Below are positions 1 to 14,200 of a stretch of DNA of 64,000 nucleotides, one piece after another; the first letter of the stretch is position 1; every line of letters begins with the position of its first letter. Under the pieces are notes generated by a model. That model was not told the DNA's origin and did not search any database. It saw only the letters and a program-made list of their open reading frames with translations. The stretch lies in NCBI GenBank assembly GCA_028534125.1, contig CM052817.1, positions 68,636,001 through 68,700,000 on the forward strand, in the 5' to 3' direction. The position numbers and the translations under genes were made by a program. This stretch comes from Lama glama. Its lineage: Eukaryota.

Positions 1-82
1 ATATATTGTTGATAAATTCAAAAATGAAACTAGGACAAGGTTTAAAAACAAGGCTCATATTCTTTGCCTTAGTTATCATTAC

Positions 83-231
83 CTTTACACAGCTGACTGA
101 TATCCTCAGGCAGAGTTAAATCAGCACATCTCAGAGAAGATGAAAACAGGCTGGCAGGTTTGGTAAAGGGAATATATAAGGGTGACACTTCACTGAACAC
201 ATTGTCCTGCATTAATTGATTCGGGGTTGGC
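83..231 (-). CDS. TBCK: TBCK coding exon 9 ([20 protein letters not shown]...[10 protein letters not shown], 149 nt)
   Basis: Acceptor tttcttaag|, donor G|GTAATG; gene continues past the window edge. Confidence 0.96.
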
Positions 232-1193
232 CTTAAGAAACACATTTAAAATGCAGAGCATGAATGAAAGTCTTCAAAATTACCCTAGAATAATGACACA
301 TCTTCAAGGGGATAGTTAAAAATCTTAAACAACTTATTAGTATAGAAAATAATAAAGCTCTCCTTTGTTAGAGTCTTAGTAGTCTTAAAAAATAATCAAG
401 CGACTGCAAGTAAATGCTGAATTTTTTTACCTTTGTTGTGCTTTTTGTACTAAATTTATGATGTATCAAAAGTTATTACATACGAGTATCTCCATTGTTT
501 ACTTTTAACTTGACCATCAAGTACCTCCTTTACTGAATATCTTAATTAAGTGATAGAAATTTAAACTGATAATACTTTTGGTTTTCTTCCTAGTCTTAGT
601 TTAATGTGGTATATTTATCCCAAACTATGCTTTTAATACCATTCCTCTCTTCCTAACACATCTTAATAAAGATGTTTTTCTAAAGACAAATTGGAATACA
701 TTATTTTCAAATATTACATACATACAGAGTTTAAGGATAACTGTATGGCTAACAGTGACATCATCAAATGAAAATAAATAATACAACTTCTAAGAAATCC
801 TTTTATATTATCAACGATTGTTAACTCATCTCACGGTTTATCTGGGTTCTTTTCTTTTATACATATTTGCCAATAAACCTTTGTTCTCATTTTTTCTCAT
901 ATCATTTGTATCTCATATCATTTGTGGAACATTCCACAGTTTAGCTGATTTTCTTATTGGAGGCTAGAAAATGAACTAGTGACTTCTTTGGTATATGCTC
1001 ATTTTCTGACCATGGTTTAATTACTTTTTCTTCTTTTATTACCATATATTAAAACCATAACTAACAGTTATGGTACTGATATAAATTACATATTACTATA
1101 TGTGTAAATATTCTTATTTAATCCATTAGTATTAAAAAATTAACTACTTATATGTTAGGATCTCAGTAATAATCCCAAACTCTTAATATCAAC

Positions 1194-1255
1194 CTCTTGG
1201 AAGGGTGGAAGGTGAGGCACTTCTGCAAAAGATCTATCACATTTTCAGGAAGTTC
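1194..1255 (-). CDS. TBCK: TBCK coding exon 8 ([21 protein letters not shown], 62 nt)
   Basis: Acceptor tttatttaccag|, donor AG|GTTGAT; kinase subdomain XI-like sequence. Confidence 0.96.
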
Positions 1256-1504
1256 CTGGTAAATAAAGAGAGAAAAGAACTATTTTAAATGATCCATCTA
1301 AAATTTTGTATTATTTAAATGTTTGCTACTTAAGGACGTTCAGACATGTTTTGAAAGTCTTTATTTGGACTTTATACAAATTCATATTAGTTTGTCACTC
1401 CGTGAAACAGCAAATATGTAAAGAAATAAACACAGCTATAAAACAGTTTGCTACTGGATCCCACATATGCAAAATAAATTTTCAATAGCAGATTTATGAC
1501 AAAC

Positions 1505-1566
1505 CTTTATAATGTCCAGACAACCATGCTCTTCAGCCAAAACTATTATAGTGTCATCTACGCAGT
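1505..1566 (-). CDS. TBCK: TBCK coding exon 7 ([21 protein letters not shown], 62 nt)
   Basis: Acceptor ctcttttatag|, donor AAG|GTTTGT; frame continuous. Confidence 0.96.
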
Positions 1567-2704
1567 CTATAAAAGAGAAAAATCATATGAATTAAAGCTG
1601 CTTTTCTAATTTATCAAATGGAAATTGAGCTCTGATAAAATTTTTTTAATTGCGTAATGCAGTTTTGGAACTTGGAGTATTAAAAAGCTTGAGACTTTGT
1701 TAACTTTACTTACATGTTTTGATAAAAATAAAGACTTCAGATACTAAGCAGTAATTGAATCACAGCTATTGAAAAAGAGCAGCTTAAATAGTGGGATAAA
1801 GGAGTGATTCAAGGAGGTAAAGATTCTCTCTCTCCCTCTCTCTCTCACAGGTATTACTCTTTAAAAGGCTTTATTATATTTTTATGATTATAAGACTATT
1901 TTTATTACACACAATTTGGAGAATATACACATATTTCTCTGGAATTTAAAGTGCAAGTTTTAGTCTGTAGACTACATTTAGAAATCTCCAAGACTCCTTA
2001 ATAGTTATATTATCAATCTCTGAAATTAAAGTGGTAAATATGGTAAAATTTTATGCAATTTTGTTTACAATTCATTATTATTTAATATTTACTAATATTA
2101 TCTTGTACATATCCTTATTTGTAAACCTTATTAACCTGGACACCAATCTGTCACACTTTTACACAAAAGTGCGCTATCTCCTTTTTACCACCCGTGTTTA
2201 ATTTATTCTACTCTTAAGTAGATTACACAAATTTACAAGTTTGAATTACAAATATTTGTATCTAATATGCATGTAAAATATATGAGGTTGTTATAAGGAA
2301 AAATAATATTCTTCCTTAGTCAATACAGTATTCACATATGATTCATCAAACAGAAAGCTCAAAAGTTAAGACATTGTCTGAAGGTAACTGCTACAGAGAA
2401 GTACACTTTTATATTCTCATATTTTGATTTCGCAAGTTAGTTTACTTGGCTAGATCATAAAGCTAAGACTGTATCCATGCACGTTATAATTCCATAGTGA
2501 ATAAGGAAAGATCTATTATAATATTTCAAAAGGCATTTCTTAAACTGTTCTGCTAATGCTTACCACTGATCATTAAAAAATTTGAAGAAAGTAAAGATAT
2601 TTCATTGTATTCACTATTTAGAAGAACACATCCTCAGTGTGCATGATTACAGTCACTAAAGATTATATCTACATTTGAAAGACAATTAATTGTGAGACAC
2701 TTAC

Positions 2705-2765
2705 CTAATGTGAGCAAAAATTTTAGTCTTTCAGAAATATCTAAACTCTGAAATAATTTTCTTCC
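2705..2765 (-). CDS. TBCK: TBCK coding exon 6 (GRKLFQSLDISERLKFLLTL, 61 nt)
   Basis: Acceptor ttttatttag|, donor G|GTAAGT; frame continuous. Confidence 0.96.
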
Positions 2766-3429
2766 CTAAATAAAATAGGAAGAGAAATTTTGTTAACATT
2801 TACAACATTTTTCTTATGATGGTCTTTTTTTTTTCAGAGCTGAAAATGATTTTATTAGGTACTTCTATTTCTCTTTAGAGGTTTTATTATATTTTTTGAG
2901 TTAGCTCCACTGAAGACAAATCATTGGTGACAAAACATTTTTTTAAAAGTTGCATAATATTTAACATTTAAATATTTCACATACCTAATGATCATTATAT
3001 TCTAGCTTGATCTCAAGCATTCTTCACTTTTGAGACTCACTTATACCTGGTTGTCTAGAGAAACTCCAGGCCACTAGGAATCTCACTTGATTAAGAGACC
3101 AAGATGACTCCTCGGAAAGATTCTTATCACCCTTTCATCTACCCAATAATTCTTACTTATATATCACAATCCAGGTCATCTGTCGTCTCCATTAAGAAAC
3201 ATTCCATGATGCTCCTTCCTCTTTCCATGATGACTTAGACAACCATCTTTGTGTTCCCATAGCACCTGATATATTTCTTTAAGACACATGCATTATATTT
3301 TAATTGTCCCCTATTAATTGGCTTCAAGGGGCTCCTTGGAATGGAGTCTGGAATCAAACACTTACAACTTCAGTGATTATGTGTTGAACAACTACTGTGT
3401 GCCAAGTTGGAGTATTCATCCCAAGTCAC

Positions 3430-3600
3430 GTATGTTGAGCAAATTACTTAACTACATTAAGCCTCACTTTTCTCACTTCTAAACTGGAATATTAACTGTA
3501 CATGCCATGCAGGTTGCAGTGAGGGCTATATAATGTATAAAAAAGCACTTAGCATTTTCTGCACAAAGAAAATACTTCATAAATGTTGGCTACTGCTATG
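3430..3600 (+). mobile_element. MIR SINE fragment
   Basis: Core gcaaattacttaac...agcctcacttttctcacttctaaactggaat and 3' aaagcacttagca. Confidence 0.7.
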
Positions 3601-4153
3601 TTTTTCTTATTATAATCAAATTAAACTTATATGATCCTTTAAACAGGCTCAGAAGGAGAAGGCTTAAGAAGATAACTTGGTCTTTATGTAGAGAAACAGA
3701 CTGCTTTTCTTTTTTTTTTAATAGAGAGGAAACACTTTCTTAAGAACTTACTGAAATAGAACTACAAGTGGAGAGATCATTGAAAAAAGTTGCCATTCTT
3801 CTTTTTTCTCAATTTCTTATACTACTATCAATATTAACCTTCTAAAAATGCAGGTTTGATTTCATCAATATCTTGTTTAAAAACTTTAAATGGTCCCACA
3901 TACCCTATATAACTAAATATATACTTCTCAATACAGCATTCAAAGTCTCCTAGGATATGGCTCCACTATAACTTTTCAGTCTAAATGCTTACTACTTACT
4001 ACTTACCTACCCTGTGATGAACACACACACAGACGCACACACATAGACACACAAAACAGGTAAATTTGATTACACTGGGCCTACATAGGCCTACAGACTG
4101 ACTCATGTTATTTCCTTACTAGTAATTTTCTCTTCGTGTCTATCAAAGTTCTA

Positions 4154-4488
4154 CATGGTCACTTCTTGCTACCCACAGGGGGTTGGTTGGTCCCAGGACC
4201 CACTCAGATACCCACATCCACTGTTGCTCAAGTCCCTTATATAAGATTGTGTAATACTTGCACATCCTCCTGTACATGTTAAATCATCTCTAGATTACTT
4301 ATAATACCTAATAAAATGCAAATGATATGTAAATAGATGTAAATCAATGTAAATGCTATGTAAACAGTTGCTGTCATATGGCAAATTCAAGTCTTGCTTT
4401 TTGGAACTTTCTGGAAATTTTTTTTCAAATGTTTTCAATCTGAAGTTGGTTGCATTAGTAGATGAAACAGAATACAGAGGGCAGACTG
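4154..4488 (+). mobile_element. MER2-type (TcMar-Tigger) non-autonomous DNA transposon
   Basis: ggttggtcccaggaccc...gctcaagtcccttatataa...aaatcatctctagattacttataatacctaata; ends gagggcagactg; flanked by TA on both sides. Confidence 0.85.
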
Positions 4489-4724
4489 TATCCTTTATTT
4501 CATTCTCACTTCTGAATGTTAATTTTGTGAGTTAAAGAATTCAAAATTCAAAATTATTTTCTCTTAGCACTTTGATAGTATTGGCCACTGTTTTCTTGCA
4601 TTCACACTGCTAAGAAGTTCAGTGCCAATTTAACTGATATTCTTTGTAGGTAATGTGCCTTTTCTTTCTGGCATACTTTAAGATTCTCTCATTAACACTG
4701 ATAAAGACACCAGAGCTTAGTAAA

Positions 4725-4980
4725 AGGCAGCTTAGTGTGTTGGTTAAAGGTGTGTAAAGCTTTGGATACAGATTGATGGATACAAATCTGCTTAACTACT
4801 TACTATTATGTAACCAGGACAGGTTGTTTAACCTCTCTGTACCTCAGTTTCCTAATTTGTACAGTAAAGACAGTAACTAGATAAACTTTGTAAGGCTGGT
4901 GTGAGTATTGATTGAGATAATAGATGTAAATAGATTATACAAGTACCTGGCACTTACAAAGTGCTCAATAAATGTTACCC
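4725..4980 (+). mobile_element. MIR SINE, near full length
   Basis: tRNA-like head (gtgttggttaaag), core tttaacctctctgtacctcagtttcct, tail cctggcac...gtgctcaataaatgtt. Confidence 0.85.
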
Positions 4981-6389
4981 ATTATGTCATCATAGGTCAT
5001 CTCCTAAAAGTTTAGTATGATATTTTTAGATATTTATTGTTGTTGTTGTTGTTGTTGTTTGTATGTTGTGATTTTTTTCTCTTGTCTTGCGAGGTAATTA
5101 GTAGGTTCTTCCAAACTGAGAACTTCACTCTCTACTTCTGGTACAAATATTAGAATGTCTGAATCTATATTCCCTGTCTTTGAAAATTTCTTTTATATTT
5201 TCAATCTCTTTATCTCTTTGTGTCATATTCTGGGAGAATTAATCAGTGTTTAGGGTGTCCAGTTTCCTATGATTCATCTATTTAGTTCTTTATTTATTAC
5301 AAATAGATATTTTTTTCTTAAAACTCTTAACTGGTTCTCATTTTTTTCAGTAAATGTCCTTGACTTCTAGTTTCTATATTTCTATATTTGTTTCATGAAT
5401 TTAGTTTTTTCCTTTCTCTCTTAAAAAACACATAACATTTATTTTAGAGTCCTTTCTACTGTAAATAGAATGTAACTTCTATTCATTGTTTCTTTTTCAT
5501 AGATGTCAACTTCAGATGCTTGGTGTTTCTCAGATATGCATTCATCTTTTAATACAGAGTTCCTATACATCTTTTGGACTATGGAAACTTCTGGATGGCA
5601 GAGTAGCTGTACTGACATTCTGGTGATATGGCAAGAGCTTCCTAGCAAAATGTTATAGCTTCTCATCTATTTCCTTAGAATTTCTAGTGTACCAAAAGTT
5701 CTTTCTGTTAAATGTTGGTGTGTTATTAATTTATATCTTAATATTTTGTATGAAATCTAAAGATTTGATGAGGTAGAGGAAGATTTAAGCCATCCTAAAA
5801 TTAGACTGTCTAAACTTTCGGCAGCACATAAAATGTCATGAAGCCTCTGTGACGGTATTAATACTTACTTTCTTGGAATTCACACAGCTCTCTGGTGTTT
5901 ATCTTCAAAGTTTATGAATTTACATTAAATTATAAGCTCTTTGACAGTGCATCTAAATCACAGTTTATTCCTACTGCATTGCTATATACACAGTAAATAC
6001 TCATCAACATTTGCTAAATTGAATTACTCATATAAGGCATACTTAGATCATTAGTAAAGAGTTTAAATACAGGTGATGGTAATAAAAAGAAAACGCTATA
6101 CACTTCACATTTACACTTACATATATACTTCACAATCACATTCCAATAAAATCCTTCATTTAGGCTATGATTTTAAACAAAAATAAGATTTACTATCATT
6201 TTAAACCAATGAACAGTAAGATGGTCTAGATGAAGGACAGCAAAGAATCAGAAAATCTGGCATTTTCCCTTAGAAAAAGCAATACCTATGTGTACGCTAC
6301 CATGTTATTATGAATATTTTAAAATCAATAATAAAATCTAACATTTATAGACTGTTCACAATTCAACACTCAATTCTTTATATACATTA

Positions 6390-6580
6390 AGTATCCAAGT
6401 GCTTTATATACATTATGTCATTTAATTTTTCCAATAGCTTTACAATATAGATACTATTACTATTTATGGGAGTGGAGCCAAAGCCTTAAGAAGTTGGGTT
6501 AGTTACCCTAAGTCAAACAGCTATACTTTCCTGCATTAGATTTCAAACCCAGTTCTCTCTAACCACAAAACTTGGCTATT
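6390..6580 (-). mobile_element. MIR SINE fragment
   Basis: gtgctttatatacattatgtcatttaat...agttaccctaagtcaaacagct...atttcaaacccag. Confidence 0.65.
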
Positions 6581-7685
6581 ATGCATTACTACTTCTGTTG
6601 TTGAATTAATTCTCAAAATGCACAAAATGAAGAAAATTATGTTAACCTAACTCTTAGATATGGTAAATATCAATGAGTTAGTACTTTCAAAATACTTTAA
6701 AAACCCCTTGGAAGACAGAACAATAGATGAATAATAAAAACATCTGCCTCTAAATACCTCATAGTTCAAGTAAAGCAGATAAATGTGACACATGCTATAA
6801 CAGGAGAGCAAAGAAGATAGGGACCTAATCCTGGCAGGTGTTTGGACGCAGGATCGACAAAATGTTAGTTGTCCCTCAATATTATTCTCATTTTGAACAT
6901 GACCCTGTTAGTTGACCTTCCAAATCCATTCTTGCACCTATATGTGGTCACATGAGTAAACTGTCACTAGTGAAAAGTACAAAGTTGATTTTTGCAATTT
7001 TACATCATCTTAAAGATTCATTCCTCTCCTTTTCCTATGGCTAAAAAAGATGATAAAAATATTTTTGGAAATTAGATGGTGAGAAGGGTGGAGCCAACCC
7101 TGACAAGCTAGGTTTCTGCAAGACACTGTGGAACAGAGCCCACCCTAACTTTCTGTGACAGTTAAATGAGGAATAAAAACATCTATGTTCTTTAAGTTAC
7201 TGTATTTTTAATTCTTTTGCTTTTAATAGCTGTGTAGTCTTTTTTACCTTAATAAATATAGAGCATATTTGGGGAAGGCCTCATAAAAAGCAAACTCAGT
7301 TACAAAGTGAGTCTTATAGGAGACAGAACAGGAGAGAAGGTATTTGAGGAGGAAAGAATACCACAGAAGAGAAAGAGAGTATGAACATACCAAAGTGTGT
7401 AAGCAGTTTCAGTGTAAGCTTTTCTAAATATGTTTAATCTTTTCACTTAGTAAAGTGTAAATTTTTCATACTTAATAAAAGTGTAAACATTTTTAGATAT
7501 ATATACCAACATAATATACAAAAAAAATCATTAAGCAGGATTTTTTAAAAAGTAAAATTGAGACTTAAGTCTTTTCTCCTTATGTCTGGTCAATTTACAA
7601 AGCAAAAACATATTATTACTTAATAGCTTTTCTATCCAAAAATATTTTTCTAATAAATATACAACTTATTCTTATTAATTTATTA

Positions 7686-7874
<189 letters not shown>

Positions 7875-8191
7875 CTATAAGCTATAAACGGGAAAAGAAG
7901 TATGCAGTAGTACATTTTTACTATCAGTACAGTAAGATCTATGCAAAAGCTCAATGCAATAAATTAACAATTCTTGCTATGAAGAATTCTAAACTAACCA
8001 TCATAATACAAGTCTTTATGTCTAGTAATAAAGAGCAAATATATGAGTCTCAAGTAATTTAAAAACTATCTCTACAACATTAGTTCTTTTCTCTGCTTTC
8101 CTCTGTGTTAACACATTGTCTTCTTGCAGTCTTCCAGGCTTCCAGGTATTTTCCCTTCTTCCTTACTATCTTTTCTTTATACTTAACTCTT

Positions 8192-8242
8192 TTTTTTAAA
8201 ACAGTTTTCTTTATTGAGTTATAGTCATTTTCCAATGTTGTG
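8192..8242 (-). mobile_element. Extremely 5'-truncated L1 3' end with 15-bp TSD
   Basis: TSD ttatacttaactctt at 8177-8191 and 8243-8257; reverse complement of the insert resembles the L1 terminus at 8811-8845. Confidence 0.85.
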
Positions 8243-8584
8243 TTATACTTAACTCTTATTTAAAGTACATTTTATCTCTGAAAACAGTATTTCTTCTTTT
8301 GAATGCTAGGAATGTCAAAATCTGTAAAATATATATAAATTGAAAAGTAAGACTCTTTCCCATCTCTGTACTCCAGTCACCCATATATATTCATGTATGA
8401 ATAAATTTGACCGCCCATCACCATTGTCCCATAGGGAAGCATACACAACACACACTATTCTGTACCCTTTCTTTTTCACACAAAATATATTATGGAGATC
8501 ATTCTAAAAAAATGGTTTCCTTGGGGAAACTTTTGCAGATGTACACAATATATAGTATTTTTAGCAACACTGTTTGTAACATTA

Positions 8585-8885
8585 AACAATCTTATGGTTA
8601 CTGGAGTGGGAAGGAGGGGATAAACTTGGGAGTTAGAGATTTGCAAATATTAACTACTATAGATATATATAAGTAAAAAACAAATTTCTTCTGTATAGCA
8701 CAGGGAAGTATATCCAATATCTTATAATAACCCTTAATGAAAAAGAATATGAAAATGAATATATGTATGTATATGTATGACTGGGACATTATGCTGTACA
8801 CCAGAAATTGACACAACATTGTAAACTGACTACACTTCAATAAAACCTACCTTTAAATTACAAAAATAATAATAAATAAATAAAA
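8585..8885 (+). mobile_element. Young lineage L1 3'UTR (cetartiodactyl/camelid type) with A-rich tail
   Basis: ctgtatagcacagggaagtatatccaatatcttataataacc...tgctgtacaccagaaattgacacaacattgtaaactgactacacttcaataaaa followed by (AAT)/(AAAT) tail. Confidence 0.85.
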
Positions 8886-10219
8886 CTTCTGACTGGTGAT
8901 CTCTAGAAGCATGCATGTGACTTTTGCCCCCAGAATTCTAATTTTCCTTCCAATCAAAAACTGATTAAATTAATTAATAAACGTAATAAGCCCTAGGATT
9001 CTTTTTTAAAGTAGATTATCTCCTTTCAGCAAGAATCCCTTCTGTAGCATAGTACTTTAACACCCAAAGAAAATTACCAGAACTCTGCTGTGAGTATTGA
9101 CTGCTGAAATAAATATAAGTGCTTTTCATCATCTGTTTCATGTTTTAACAAGGTATTAAGCTACTGGCCAACTGAAATAAATGTCCAATTTCTAACTCTT
9201 TACAATATTTTGAAACAGATGTTAACATTTTACTTTGTTGTTTCTTAATATTTGTCTTTTGAATCTACTGCAAGCTTCTTCTGGTGTAAATGTTTTCTTT
9301 CATGCCTTAGCTGTTTGATCACTTTATTTTTCCTGGCTAATGTTTCACATTTTCCTCTTTGATACCTTCTGGTCAGACCTTTTGGGTCTAAGATTTCAAA
9401 GTAAGCCAAACCAAATGGCACACAAGACCAATTCAATCCAAGCATTTAAAATTCAAACATTAACTCTTCAAAATGCTTTATGTGCTTTAAGAAAAATCAC
9501 TTGCTTTCTTCTATTCATCACTAAAACCCAAAGCACCTTTAAGTAAAAGGTACAAAATTAAAGTAATTTTCGTTTGTTTTGTTTTTAGATTTCTCTCTTA
9601 TACAAACTTAGACAAAATGAAGAAGCACGTTTACTGCAGCTTCTTAAAAGCTACTCAAAAGGCAATGATCACATGTGATGAAGATACTAGAGCTCTGCAC
9701 TGAATTTTAATTATATGCAAAAGGTTTTTTTAAACAAATAAAGGATAGGCTATTGTTACAAAATTTTGTTTTCTTGAGTGTGAAAACTGTTTGTTGCCTA
9801 TGCCACAAGTTTTGATATACAAAACTATAAGATTATGAATGTATGCACATTAATAAGGGAGCCATCAAAATAGAAAATTTCCCCATTAAACAATGAGCTT
9901 CTTCAAGATGGGAACTGACTTTATCCACTTTTGTATATCAAGCAGCCAAAAGAAAAGGTGTTCAATAAATATTTTCTTAATAAATAAAGGAAAGAATGAC
10001 TAGACAGTTTAAGGTTATTAGTTATGGCCTAAGTAGTAAAAATTTTAAGTAAGAAAACCTACAGTCTAACTTAAAAAGATAAAAGGTGATTTTAAAATGA
10101 GACCTTTTTTTTAAACATCTCTTTAAACAGTATTCTCCTGCAGAAACTCACTCCATAACTCCAAACCACAATTCCCAATAATGGAGTGATAGGACTTTAG
10201 AGAGCCCGAAAAGCAAAAC

Positions 10220-10600
10220 ACAAATAGATATTATTAAAAACAATCACACAGTAATTGGAAAATATGCTTAAGATCTCTAGATAATAGTATTATATCAATT
10301 TTAATTTCCTGGTTTTGATAATTGTTTCATGGTTCTGTAAGAAAATGCTTTTCTTTAGGAAATATAAACTGAAGTATTTAGGGGTTAAGGGCCATTATAT
10401 ATATTATAACTCTTAAATGATTCAGAAAAAAATTTATACATACACACATATATGTGTAAGAGAAAAGAAAGAGATGAGACAAATGCTGGGAAATATCAAT
10501 TTCTGAGGAATCTTGAATGAAGGCTATACAGGAATTCTTTGTACTATTTTGTAACTTCTATATATCTAAGTTAATGTCAAAATTAAACACTTATTAAAGA
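10220..10600 (+). mobile_element. Old L1 (L1MC/ME-like) 3' fragment
   Basis: gtattatatcaattttaatttcctggttttgataattgt...ggaattctttgtactattttgtaactt. Confidence 0.7.
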
Positions 10601-11223
10601 ATTATATTATTAACATGTTTAAAAAGCAACTACTAAATATATAAAAAAATCTATATCAAAAGCACACAATTGAGTACAGGATGAAATCAACTTTCATTCC
10701 TTTCTGGAGGCCAACATAAATCTGGAATTCCATGTGAGAAGTGATCAAATAAACCTCTCCAAAATTAAACACAGATTTTCAGGTATAGAATCTACCCCGT
10801 TACCTCTGATATCTACAATGATTTGATGTAAGCCTTAATGTACAATAATATCTTAGAGAACAGGGAATTAAACTTTGCAACATTAGAGAATAATACGAGA
10901 GTAATTTTTCAGTCTTGAGGAACACACATTATCACTAAGTGAGAATCTGGGCAGACTTCTTGACTTATATTTATCTAGTTCTGAATGAAATAAAATCAAC
11001 CAGTAAGCATTAAAGGTGAAAAAGGTAAACATCAGGGAACTTTTGTATGCTGGCAAAAACTTACTGTCTATTCTTTGAAAAATATGTGGAAATTTAGGAT
11101 ATATTTAATTTAAAAGAGCTAGTTTTATGTGAAAAAGTAATATAACTAATAATTAACAAAATAGATACTTTATCAAAGATTACAAAGTTTAAGACAGAAC
11201 TCAGAAAACACACATATTCTTAC

Positions 11224-11297
11224 CCAATTGGGAAATCAACATCATCACCATATGCTGTCATGTGGTAAAGTCCAAATTTAGCCAGTTTAACATGTCC
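11224..11297 (-). CDS. TBCK: TBCK coding exon 4 (GHVKLAKFGLYHMTAYGDDVDFPIG, 74 nt)
   Basis: Acceptor attgtag|, donor GG|GTAAGA; KFG in place of DFG. Confidence 0.97.
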
Positions 11298-12745
11298 CTA
11301 CAATAGTAAAGAAAAAAACTCACTATAAAACATTTTAATATTATTGGCAGGGAAAATTATGAACATATATTTTATAAGTAAGGAAACCATCATATAATCA
11401 TATACATTAATAAAAAATTATATTTTATCAAAATTTTATTAAAAATTCTCAGTATTTGAAGTATGCTTTATATTCATTACAAATATATATACACACATAT
11501 ATAATAATATAGATATCAAAATGACTAACACTAAAAAATTTTTGCTGTTTGTCTTTTCCAGGCTTCTTAAAAAATCAAAAAGGGTCTCATTTGTCTTGAA
11601 TCCTTGCTTAGTATATTTTGTGGTAATTTTCACAAAAGGGTTTTTTTCCCAGGAAGTTGAGACATTCATAATGTTATAATTTAAACCTGACGTGGATGTT
11701 CTTAACTTGAAAAGATCAGTTCACAAATCAGCAAGGCATTAGTGAATCTGTTCAATTTCCAACACTTTTTTATACTGTTTGAGAATAACCATAATTATCA
11801 CAAGTTGGGTCCTTAATAAAAACAATTATAAATTTCTTAAGTCTTCTATTTTTTTCCTTTTAGATTTTAAGAATTAAAAAAATTTAGTCAATTGTAAAAT
11901 TGGTTTGTTTTCTTTTCCTCAAGAACATTACTTCCCAGCATTATAAAACATTTATATTCTAAAACAATTCAGATTGGTTAGATACTTTACTACCATAAGC
12001 ATGAAATTAATTAGTATCATTTTATCTTTATATTTTAATATTATAGGGTGAGTGTATTGAAAGTCTGGAAGACAATCAGAGAAAAAGAATAATATCACTA
12101 ATACAGAAAATAATTTTCCAGAAAAAAATCCTCATAGTTATTTTATATGCTCATAAAAAAGAATAAAATTATGATTATTTCTGAAAAAGTATCACCCTGC
12201 TATCCATAATTCTCTTAGCAGGGTTGACTAGCTTCTTATTAATCCCTTAAAAGATTTCCAAGCAGAGAAGCAGTACTCCAATTAAAAAAAAGAAGCTATG
12301 TATGAACAGCTGGTAAATAAAGAAGATAAGTGAGAAATAAAATAGAAAGAAGGAAGTAGGAAAGAAGAATAAAATGGAGAAAATACACTGCAGTTGTGCT
12401 ATGAGAAAAATATTCTATGTAAATAGACAATCTTACTTAAGATGAAAAGAAATTCAGAGGGGTAGACTGGGAAGCCACAATGCTTATCTTTTAGAAAATG
12501 TGTGAAAGGAAAAACAAAACATGGTATTAGAAAATGAGTTTCACACAAAAAGAATAACACATGTGAAAGACACATGGATTTATATAATTTAAAGTTACTT
12601 TTTTTGTTGATCACAAGTATATTACATTTCATATAGTCTTTTCATTATGAATAGTATTAAAACATATTCTAATTTTACAGTCCCTCTGATTAATACTGTG
12701 GATCTGATTTCAGTAGCATCCAACCTGAAATAAAAAAAGAAATTA

Positions 12746-12904
<159 letters not shown>

Positions 12905-13639
12905 TCACAGATTAATAGATCAATTATAAAGCAGATATAGAACCTGCTTTACAGAATAAAACAAGGTTCAGTGATAAAACTCAAAGAATTATATCTTTAT
13001 TGTTCCTCCTCTATTCAGAGAAAAAGAAGCTATACATTTTCTAAAATATCTACTTGCACATATTTTTGATTTTCTGATTACAACAGAGTTAATCTGACAA
13101 AGAACCTATAGTTTCCTAAAGGTTAATTTAATAGCAGCATTTGTTCTTCTAGGAAGGGAGTTTAATTTTGGTGGTGTGCAAATGACCTTCTGCAGGTTTG
13201 GCTTTGCCAAATTATCAGGACAGTTTCAGAACATATGGCAGAACTAAGTCAATGAAAACCACCTATCTTGCTCCAGACAAAATACCTAAAAAGAAAAAGA
13301 GCTACAATATATTTTATGGCAGATAGACATGAGCTTACTTTCCACATCAGTCCACAAAGCAAACTCTAGTAATTTATGATTTATCATACATTTCTCTTTC
13401 CAATCCTATTCTCTCTTAAGCCATCATCTACAGGGAGGCCTAGTTTCTTTCTCTTTCTCCCTCTACCTTTCTCTCTTTCTTCCTCTGCATTTTTTAAAAA
13501 ATAAAACATCATTCATATAGGAAGTTAGGAAGAATATACAGAAAAGTAAGGGAGACTAATTCAAACCCAATACCCCAAACCACCAATATTAACTTTTGGG
13601 TATAGATTTCTTTTCTACTTTTTTTTTTTCACATTTTAA

Positions 13640-14200
13640 ACTACACTTAAAAAAAATTAGTATCTTCTGGTAACCACTAAATTAATTTTTATAAAAAAGT
13701 ATAAATAACAAGCCAACAGTGACAATAAGATGAAATTATAAAAAAGTAGCCAACTTAAAAGCAGGCAGAATAAAAGGAAAAAAGAACAAAGAACAAATGA
13801 AACAATTAGAAATTAATTAACAAATTTTAATTCAGATATATCAATTATTAAATTAAATATAAATGCTCCAAACTCACCAGTTAAAAGATAAGAATTGCCA
13901 GATTGGTAAGAATTAAGACTCAATTGTATTCAGGTAACAAGGAACCCACATTAAACAAAAGATGTAAATTAAAAGTAAAAAGATGGAATAACAGATCACT
14001 GATTGTCATGGGCTTAGGTGGAGGGAGTGGTCTGACTACAAAGGAGAATGGGAAAAACTTGCCTGATAGGATTGTTCTATTCTTAATTTTGATGATAGTT
14101 AACAGGACTGAGTTCGTCAAACTGACTAAACTGTACACAGTAAAAAAGGGTAAATTTTAAGGAATGTAAATTAATCTCAATAAACCAGACATTAAATAAT
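13640..14200 (+). mobile_element. Old L1 fragments (ORF2 start region joined to 3'UTR piece)
   Basis: atcaattattaaattaaatataaatgctccaaactcaccagttaaaaga; 3' aaattaatctcaataaacc. Confidence 0.65.

Noticed and set aside
895..925. Tandem duplication of tctcatatcatttgt
   Set aside because: Simple slippage duplication in an intron with no supporting context
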